From: Acidobacteriota bacterium | GTDB lineage: Bacteria > Acidobacteriota > UBA6911 | Direction of reading: 5' to 3' | DNA length: 64,000 nucleotides | Assembly: GCA_963664705.1 (NCBI GenBank) | Contig: OY761556.1 | Location: 32,001 to 96,000, forward strand | Shown here: positions 58,401-64,000 of the stretch, one piece after another | Position numbering within the stretch: position 1 is the stretch's first letter | Layout: the number at the start of each line of letters is the position of its first letter | Position numbers and translations under genes: made by a program | The notes under the pieces: generated by a model | Seen by the model: only the letters and a program-made list of their open reading frames with translations | What the model was told of the DNA's origin: nothing | The model's database searches: none

Positions 58401-59906
58401 CGTCTGGTGGTTGCATCCTGTTCATCGCGAACCCATGAAATGCTATTCCGGGAGACCCTGCGTGAGAGCGGGCTGAACCAGTACCTGTTTGCTATGACGA
58501 ACATTCGAGACCAATGCTCCTGGGTTCATAAGGACAACCCGTTGGAGGCCACCGCCAAGGCCGTGGATCTTGTCTCCATGGCCATTGCCCGAGCCCGTTT
58601 GCTGCGGGCATTTCCCCTCCATGAGCTCGAGGTCACAGCCTCCGCTCTGATTATCGGGGGCGGGCTTGCGGGGATGACCTCGGCACTGAATCTGGCCGAC
58701 CAGGGGTTCAAGGTGCACCTGGTGGAGAGGGAACCTGCGCTGGGAGGACAACTCCGAAACCTGCAGTCCGATCTGGAGCGGGATAATATCCAGGATGAAT
58801 TGAAAGTCCTGGTGTCGCGGGTTTCGTATCATCCCAACGTGACCGTTCACAGGAACTCGATTCTTGTGCGAACCTCCGGTCAGGTAGGAAATTTCGTCAG
58901 CGTTCTGTCTGCTGCAGGCAAGGAACAAACGGTCAAGCATGGTGTTGTGATTGTTGCCACCGGTGGTCGCGAACGTTCCACGACTCGATTCCTATGCGGG
59001 GATGACTCGCGCGTGGTCACTCAGAGGGCGCTTGAATCGGCATTGTCAGGAGGGAATCTCCCATCAGAGCTGACCGGTAAAAAGGCTCCTTCCGTTGTGA
59101 TGATTCAATGCGTCGACAGCCGGAATGCGGATAATCCTTACTGCAGCCGGGTCTGTTGTTCGGAAGCGATCAAAAATGCTCTTGAACTCAAGCGCCGCAG
59201 ACCGGATGCAGATATTGCCATCCTCAACCGGGATATCCATACATACGGTTCCAGAGACGATTACTTCAGGCAGGCGCGCAACAAAGGGATCCAGTTCGTC
59301 CGGTACTCGGAGAGCCGGGAGCCCCTGGTTGCAAACGAGAGTGGAGTGCTTCAGGTGAGAGTAACGGAAAATGACACCGGGCGCGAACTGGCTTATCACC
59401 CGGATCTGCTGGTCCTGTCGACCGGCATTGCCCCGGATGCCGGGAATGCTGATATCGCCGGGATCCTCCGTTGTGCGCTAACGGCGGAAGGATTCTTCCT
59501 CGAAGCCCACCCGAAACTCAGGCCTGTGGATCTTGCCAATGAAGGGGAGTTTGTCTGTGGCCTGGCGCATTCGCCCCGCTTCATGGACGAAACAATTGCG
59601 CAAGCCCATGCCGTCGCCGGACGCGCAGCAAGGATCCTGTCGAAGACTCAGATGGAGATTGTCGGACAGGTTTCCTATGTCGAGCCGGCCAACTGTGTCG
59701 CATGCGCGACCTGCGTAAAGATCTGTCCCTATGGCGCACCCATGATCAATGCCTTGGGGAAGTCGGAGATCCAGGCGGCAAAATGCATGGGGTGCGGCAG
59801 TTGTGTTGCAGCATGTCCTGCAAGGGCGATGGCACTCCAGCATCAGGAAGGCAGCACTATGATCGCCATGCTCGATGAAATGCGGGCAAGCGGAGGATTG
59901 GAATGA
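55407..59906 (+). CDS. hdrA: Second large HdrA (HdrL-type)
   Basis: Collinear paralog of 13182..17666: GAGIAG, LDKAYPTGDCSMC, IGSGPAG, IQCV...CC twice, NIRDQCSWVH, EAHPKLRPVD. Confidence 0.92.
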   Translation: MEQQMDIEKVGAVLVCGAGIAGIQASLDLADSGFKVYLLEHTAAIGGRMAQLDKAYPTGDCSMCILSPRLVECARNRNIEIITLADLESVSGEPGNFKVKIRQNPRYIDARKCDACGDCSAVCPVSLSSEFDCGMGEKKAVSLPYPQAIPGIFSISKAQGQVPCRSLCPAGVNVPGFVALVAAGKFKEAFELIRLRCSLPAVSGRICRHSCQDKCNRGEVDESVSIRHLERYVADYVQQNPDQYPERSGSVIASGKRVAIIGSGPAGLTAASDLSLMGYGVTLFEAKPQLGGMLRYGIPEYRLPKEILDRDVRHILELGVEVRTNTPIEKPGDLLKSRQADGASANAADFDAVFVSTGAWQSLKPGIPGEDAGGVWEGLKFLYAVNSGSSFEIGPEVLVIGGSALAIDTARCALRVPGVKSVQLACLENAGELRAGTDHVAEAIAEGIEIHYSLGPTTVNAKDSRVSSVRFRACTSLYDEYKRFDPLFDDSSIRTISADTVIIASGRAVDAKGFGLEMRPGGRILADKDTLATGVRGVFAGGDAVLGPASMVDAMAHGHKAAASIDAFIRGSASIRSMSKASAGDTASTASVHFAHNPKPWVSKQSHSPIARAKESSRPQDHSEIFLGYSHDAAIAEAKLCLACGLCSECLLCVKACSADALVHDQQATSLEVEVGSIILAPGVEELESAAARKFGLGKYANVVSGLQFERMLAAAGPSGRLHRHSDAGEVRSIAFIQCVGGREGDADYCSSICCMNTAKAALGALERSAAGAMEVTIFCREVRSFGKESDAYIRRAKQENGLHYLRAVPSNLWETGETGRLKIAWPGKDGVSEQEFDLVVLSTGAQVSAGARDMASRIGLQLNSFGFVQTDRMSPFATSRPGIFVAGSFQEPKDISESVAQASGAAACSMSLLTAVRGTMTRRHEYPWERDVADESPRIGVFVCRCGHNIADVVDVELVASKAAKMPGVCHAEVSTYTCSDTNQQHIRSLIRKHRLNRLVVASCSSRTHEMLFRETLRESGLNQYLFAMTNIRDQCSWVHKDNPLEATAKAVDLVSMAIARARLLRAFPLHELEVTASALIIGGGLAGMTSALNLADQGFKVHLVEREPALGGQLRNLQSDLERDNIQDELKVLVSRVSYHPNVTVHRNSILVRTSGQVGNFVSVLSAAGKEQTVKHGVVIVATGGRERSTTRFLCGDDSRVVTQRALESALSGGNLPSELTGKKAPSVVMIQCVDSRNADNPYCSRVCCSEAIKNALELKRRRPDADIAILNRDIHTYGSRDDYFRQARNKGIQFVRYSESREPLVANESGVLQVRVTENDTGRELAYHPDLLVLSTGIAPDAGNADIAGILRCALTAEGFFLEAHPKLRPVDLANEGEFVCGLAHSPRFMDETIAQAHAVAGRAARILSKTQMEIVGQVSYVEPANCVACATCVKICPYGAPMINALGKSEIQAAKCMGCGSCVAACPARAMALQHQEGSTMIAMLDEMRASGGLE

Positions 59907-60400
59907 AGGAGCTGAACCGGGATGTGAAAAGCGGCAGCGTTTCGGTCTCCGATACCTGTGCCAATACTCAGTGGGCACCGGAGATTCTGGCATTCTGCTG
60001 CGAATATTGCGCCCATTCGGCTGCAGCTTTAGCCGGATCCAAGCGGATCCAATACCCCACCGGTGTGCGGATTATTCCCGCACCATGTACCGGAAAAATC
60101 GAAATGGAGCATATTCTCGAAGCCTTCGAGAAGGGAGTGGATGGAATCCTTGTTGTTGGCTGTCTCGAAGGTGGCTGCCATTTCCTGGAAGGTAACCTGC
60201 GGGCGCGCAAGCGCACCGAGCGCGTCTGCGAGATACTTGATGAAATCGGTCTTGGAGGGGGGCGCCTCAAGATGGTGAACCTCTCTGATTCCATGGCTTC
60301 GGAATTTGTGCAGGAAATGCACGAGATGCTGAAAACTGCCAGAGCCCTGGGCCCGAATCCGCTGAAATCAAAACATAATGAAAGTGCAGGGGATCTATGA
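59903..60400 (+). CDS. mvhD: MvhD/FlpD [2Fe-2S] subunit (Cys form)
   Basis: AFCCEYCAHSAA, PCTGK, GCLEGGCHFLEGN. Confidence 0.92.
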   Translation: MKELNRDVKSGSVSVSDTCANTQWAPEILAFCCEYCAHSAAALAGSKRIQYPTGVRIIPAPCTGKIEMEHILEAFEKGVDGILVVGCLEGGCHFLEGNLRARKRTERVCEILDEIGLGGGRLKMVNLSDSMASEFVQEMHEMLKTARALGPNPLKSKHNESAGDL

Positions 60401-61065
60401 TCGTTGCTTCACCAAAGTCAATTACTGAACTCAAAAGCATCATTTCCGGACACAAAAAGGTCCTGTTTGCAGGATGCGGGACTTGTGTCACCGTCTGCCT
60501 GGCTGGTGGTGAACGAGAGGTCAGCATAGCCGCCTATTCCGTTCGAATGGCTCGCAAACTCGAGCGAAATCCGGTGGAAATTTCTCAGATCACCATTGAA
60601 CGCCAATGCGAAAATGAATTCATCAAAGAGCTGGCGGAACCTGCAAGCAAGGTTGAAGCGATTGTCTCATTTGGCTGCGGTGCCGGCGTACAGGCAATTG
60701 CGGAACGATTTCCTGATAAACCGGTCTATGCCGGACTCAATACTCAGTTTCTGGGTGTACTTGAGGAACAGGCTATCTGGACCGAAAAATGCATGGGGTG
60801 CGGTGATTGTATGCTGGCGCACTTCGGAGGTATCTGCCCGGTAACCCGATGCGCCAAACGTCTGTTGAACGGTCCCTGCGGAGGTTCCCTGGAGGAACGC
60901 TGTGAAATCGATCCGGACCGGCCGTGCGCATGGCAGCTTATCTATACCCGTCTCAAAAATATCGGTCAGCTTGAAAAACTGGAAGATATCGTGCCGCCCA
61001 AAGACTGGAGCACGGCATGGTACAACGGCGCGCGGAAAGTAATTCGCAAGGAACACAAAGTCTAG
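60397..61065 (+). CDS. metV: MTHFR small Fe-S/Zn subunit
   Basis: GCGTCVTVC, ERQC, CPVTRCAKRLLNGPCGG, CAW. Confidence 0.92.
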   Translation: MIVASPKSITELKSIISGHKKVLFAGCGTCVTVCLAGGEREVSIAAYSVRMARKLERNPVEISQITIERQCENEFIKELAEPASKVEAIVSFGCGAGVQAIAERFPDKPVYAGLNTQFLGVLEEQAIWTEKCMGCGDCMLAHFGGICPVTRCAKRLLNGPCGGSLEERCEIDPDRPCAWQLIYTRLKNIGQLEKLEDIVPPKDWSTAWYNGARKVIRKEHKV

Positions 61066-61077
61066 TCATATCCCGCA

Positions 61078-61132
61078 ATTTGTAGAATCCGTGGCAAAAG
61101 AGGATCCTAACCTGCCGCGGATTCTACAAATT
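61078..61132. terminator. Long hairpin between convergent metV and cyclophilin
   Basis: ATTTGTAGAATCCGTGGCA ... TGCCGCGGATTCTACAAAT. Confidence 0.65.
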
Positions 61133-61158
61133 CAGAATACATCGACACTCATCCTTTA

Positions 61159-61704
61159 TCAGGCGAGAACGATCGTTGCAGCCTTAACGTAATCCATATT
61201 GGGGAACTGCTCCGACAGGTATTCATTTCCCCTCATCTGAATCTGTCCCTGGTTGGGGCGCTCGCCGTATTCACTGGTAATAGCCTCCACAACTTCCATC
61301 CCCTTGCTTACTTTGCCGAAGGGCGTGAATCCCTGCGGATCGAGGAAGCTGTTGTCCCCAAAATTGATGAACAGCTGCGTCGTTCGCGTGTTGGGTCCGG
61401 CAGTGGCGAAGGTCAAAGTTCCGCGCTGATTGGATTGGCCGCGTTTGTCGTCCTGTATGTTTGCAGATCGCCAGATCTTGCTGATGCCGGGGTCGCCGTT
61501 GATTCCAAACTGTACAATGAAGCCCTCGACAACCCGGAAAAACCGGCAGCCATCGTAGAGCCCGTTCTTTACCAGATTAAAAAACCGGTCGGCTCCATTG
61601 GGAGCCCATGCCCGGGTTACATCCACAACGAACTCGCCTTTTGTCGTTTCAAATTTGGCCTGAAAAGTTTCAGGTGCTGTCTCGTTCAATTCAGCAGGGT
61701 TCAT
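61159..61704 (-). CDS. Cyclophilin-type peptidyl-prolyl isomerase (no signal peptide)
   Basis: FFRVVEGFIVQFG, TFATAGPNTRTTQLFIN, FTPFGKV. Confidence 0.92.
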   Translation of the reverse strand: MNPAELNETAPETFQAKFETTKGEFVVDVTRAWAPNGADRFFNLVKNGLYDGCRFFRVVEGFIVQFGINGDPGISKIWRSANIQDDKRGQSNQRGTLTFATAGPNTRTTQLFINFGDNSFLDPQGFTPFGKVSKGMEVVEAITSEYGERPNQGQIQMRGNEYLSEQFPNMDYVKAATIVLA

Positions 61705-61842
61705 TCTTTCTCCTTATTGAGATTTATGCACCCTACTGACCGGCGGCCAATCCGGGCGCGGTTGCGTGATAAAGTCGGAAAGACCCAGCGAGCCATCGGA
61801 ACTCGTGGTTGTGCCAATGTCCAATGGCTCGCAAAAAGGTTT

Positions 61843-62478
61843 TTACTTTGCAGGCGCGACGATTGTTGCCGCCTTGATAAAGTCGAGATTCGGGAAAGCC
61901 TTCTGCAGATAGGCATTTCCCTGCATCTGAATCTGACCCTGATCCGGCTTTTCACTGTATTCATTATTGATGGCGTCGACAATATCCATTCCCTTGCTTA
62001 CCTTGCCAAAAGGCGTGAATCCCTGGGAATCCAGAAATGTATTGTCTTTGAAATTAATGAATACCTGGGTTGTGCGCGTGTTGGGTCCGGCCGTTGCAAA
62101 CGTGATATATCCGCGCAAGTTGGACTGCTTTGGCTTGTCATCCGGGATGTTCGCGGCGCGCCAGGCTGCGCTGACTTTCGGATTGCCATTGATTCCGAAC
62201 TGAACCATAAAGTTCTTCACGACGCGGAAGAACCGGCAATTGTCATAGCCGCCATTCTTGACGAAATTATAGAAACGGTCGGAGCCGTTCGGAGACCATG
62301 ATCTGGTGACGTCAACGATGAATTCACCCTTGGAGGTGTCAAATTTCACCTGGTATTTTTCGGGCGACTGTTCGGTCAGCTGAGCCGGTGCCATCAGTTT
62401 TGCAGCATCCTGGCCAACCGCCAGTACCGCTACAAGCGCCAGAGCCAGAATAGAGAGGGGCAGTACCTTAGAACGCAT
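61843..62478 (-). CDS. Cyclophilin-type peptidyl-prolyl isomerase (signal peptide)
   Basis: MRSKVLPLSILALAL...; FFRVVKNFMVQFG, RTTQVFIN; RBS AAGGAG. Confidence 0.92.
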   Translation of the reverse strand: MRSKVLPLSILALALVAVLAVGQDAAKLMAPAQLTEQSPEKYQVKFDTSKGEFIVDVTRSWSPNGSDRFYNFVKNGGYDNCRFFRVVKNFMVQFGINGNPKVSAAWRAANIPDDKPKQSNLRGYITFATAGPNTRTTQVFINFKDNTFLDSQGFTPFGKVSKGMDIVDAINNEYSEKPDQGQIQMQGNAYLQKAFPNLDFIKAATIVAPAK

Positions 62479-62761
62479 TGAATTCTCCTTTTCTCGAGGA
62501 TAGTTAAATAACTCCAAAGGATAAAGTTTCCGTCGGAGTGCGCCAAAACTCAAGGAAAAAGGTCCGAAGCAATTTCGAAGTCGGATGTCGGCGCCAAATG
62601 CGCTGACCGGGCTTTTCCCCGGCCCAGTTTCCTCGTTTTCTTCTTGCCGGGCAGCGCCTTCCAACGCCCGTTTTAAGGGAATCGGCAGAGCAGACCTTGA
62701 CAATGGTCCCTGAATGTGGAGAATGCAGACTCAATTCAGATAGAGCGGTGCTGGAGGCGAG

Positions 62762-63526
62762 TTGCAGGACATTGTGGGTGTAGGGTTCAGGGTATTGCTG
62801 GCTTTCTCGCTGGCCTGGCTAGGCGGGCTGATCAGTTCGCTATTTGCCATATCGCATCAGCGACTGTGCCGTCTTATCAGCTTTGCTGCGGGCAGTTTAC
62901 TGGGCGTAACCCTTTTTTCCATCCTGCCGGAAACGTTCGAAGCCATGTCCCTTTTGCAGTTGCTGGTGGCCTTCGGTTCCGGCTACGTGGTTTTTTTTCT
63001 TGTCAGCCATTATGTCTTCCACGTTTGCCCCGCCTGTGCCGCAAGTCATTTTGATGAAGCCACAACGCATCGGTTCAGCGAGATAGCCAGTGCCATGGTC
63101 ATTGCATTGGGATTGCACAGTACAATGGACGGCCTGGCGCTGGCGTTGGGAAAAGAAGCCGAAATGGCCGGCGGCCTGGATGCCTCTCTGTTGCTCGCTG
63201 TCTGCGTGCACAAAGTTCCGGAGGGCCTGGCGCTGTGCGCGCTGCTTCTTGCTTCCGGTTTCAAACGACGGGTTGCCCTGACATGGGTGGCAGCCGTAGA
63301 GGCCACTACGTTGATGGGTGGTGCTATCGGTTTATGGGTTGTCCCCCACATTTCCGGCGTCTGGCTGGATCTCATCCTCGCACACGTTGGCGGCGGCTTC
63401 ATCTTCCTCGCGTTTCACGCTGTTTTCGGTGAACTCATGAAGCACAGCCGATCCGCGGTGATTGTCAGTTTTGCTTCAGGCATTGCGGCCATCGGCATCC
63501 TCAACCTGGTCCTCAGATATCTATAG
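62762..63526 (+). CDS. ZIP-family metal transporter
   Basis: SFAAG, SILPE, LHSTMDG, HKVPEG; HVCPACAASH loop. Confidence 0.88.
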   Translation: MQDIVGVGFRVLLAFSLAWLGGLISSLFAISHQRLCRLISFAAGSLLGVTLFSILPETFEAMSLLQLLVAFGSGYVVFFLVSHYVFHVCPACAASHFDEATTHRFSEIASAMVIALGLHSTMDGLALALGKEAEMAGGLDASLLLAVCVHKVPEGLALCALLLASGFKRRVALTWVAAVEATTLMGGAIGLWVVPHISGVWLDLILAHVGGGFIFLAFHAVFGELMKHSRSAVIVSFASGIAAIGILNLVLRYL

Positions 63527-63729
63527 CCCTTTCACTCCACCGCTGCGGACAACGAATCGTCCATCGTAAATCGTCAATTGATTGCCTTCCCTGCCCTGAG
63601 TATGATGGTCCCGCATCAATCCAATAGCTCAGACTGGGATGAACCAGGAATGATAAATGTTTTTGTTGCCGGATAAATGGAGAGGACATTTGATGAATGC
63701 CGAATGTCGATTTATCCAGTGATCTCAAT

Positions 63730-63768
63730 TCGTCATTCGTCATTCGTCATTCGTAATTCGTAATTCGA
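63730..63768. repeat. Heptamer tandem repeat (TCGTMAT)x5
   Basis: tcgtcattcgtcattcgtcattcgtaattcgtaattcg. Confidence 0.8.
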
Positions 63769-63783
63769 TATAAGGGGGGTGTA

Positions 63784-64000
63784 ATGCGGATAAAGCTAAT
63801 TGCTCTGACAGTAATCTCAATATCGTTGTTGTTCGTTGCGGCATGTCAAAGTCCCAGCCCGGAGAGTACTGCCCCTAAAAGTGAGGCGCCAAAGACCAGC
63901 AGCGCTCCGGCAAAATGCGATCGGGCATGCCTGGAGAAATATATCGATCAATACATGGATGCCATGCTGGCGCACACCGTGAGTGATGCTCTTTTTGCAA
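63784..64000 (+). CDS. Lipoprotein of unknown function, 3' end truncated by the window
   Basis: RBS AAGGGGG; MRIKLIAL...FVAA-C lipobox; CDRACLEKYIDQYMDAM. Confidence 0.72.
   Translation, partial: MRIKLIALTVISISLLFVAACQSPSPESTAPKSEAPKTSSAPAKCDRACLEKYIDQYMDAMLAHTVSDALFA

Overview
Chromosomal window from an anaerobic or facultatively anaerobic bacterium (gene content and repeat style suggest Acidobacteriota, but that is inference). Four things stand out. (1) A complete IS1111-group (IS110 family) element, about 1523-3064, sits at a CT core inside a REP-like palindrome. It has sub-terminal inverted repeats, a promoter that forms only at the circle junction, and a 3' non-coding region with short matches to both its target and its own donor junction, as expected of a bridge/seek RNA. 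(2) A hdrC-hdrB-hdrL(A)-mvhD-metV-metF operon (Moorella-type Hdr-linked methylene-THF reductase) whose MvhD has an in-frame UGA, probably selenocysteine. (3) A second, sigma54-driven cluster (47594-61065) with HdrL, two MvhD, MetV and a divergent MetF but no HdrBC. It instead carries a split glutamate-synthase-like set (two FMN/Fe-S subunits and an amidotransferase-GXGXG fusion), lies next to a RecA-like/sigma54 activator, and is close to glnK-amtB. This is the best candidate for an undescribed system. (4) A highly structured unassigned intergenic region upstream of hdrC. The rest is ordinary metabolism, transport and housekeeping (xylB, a two-component system, an ABC exporter, alr, typA, GH67, tyrS, cyclophilins, ZIP). 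No rRNA, tRNA or CRISPR array was seen. All calls are by-eye motif recognition; no database searches were run.
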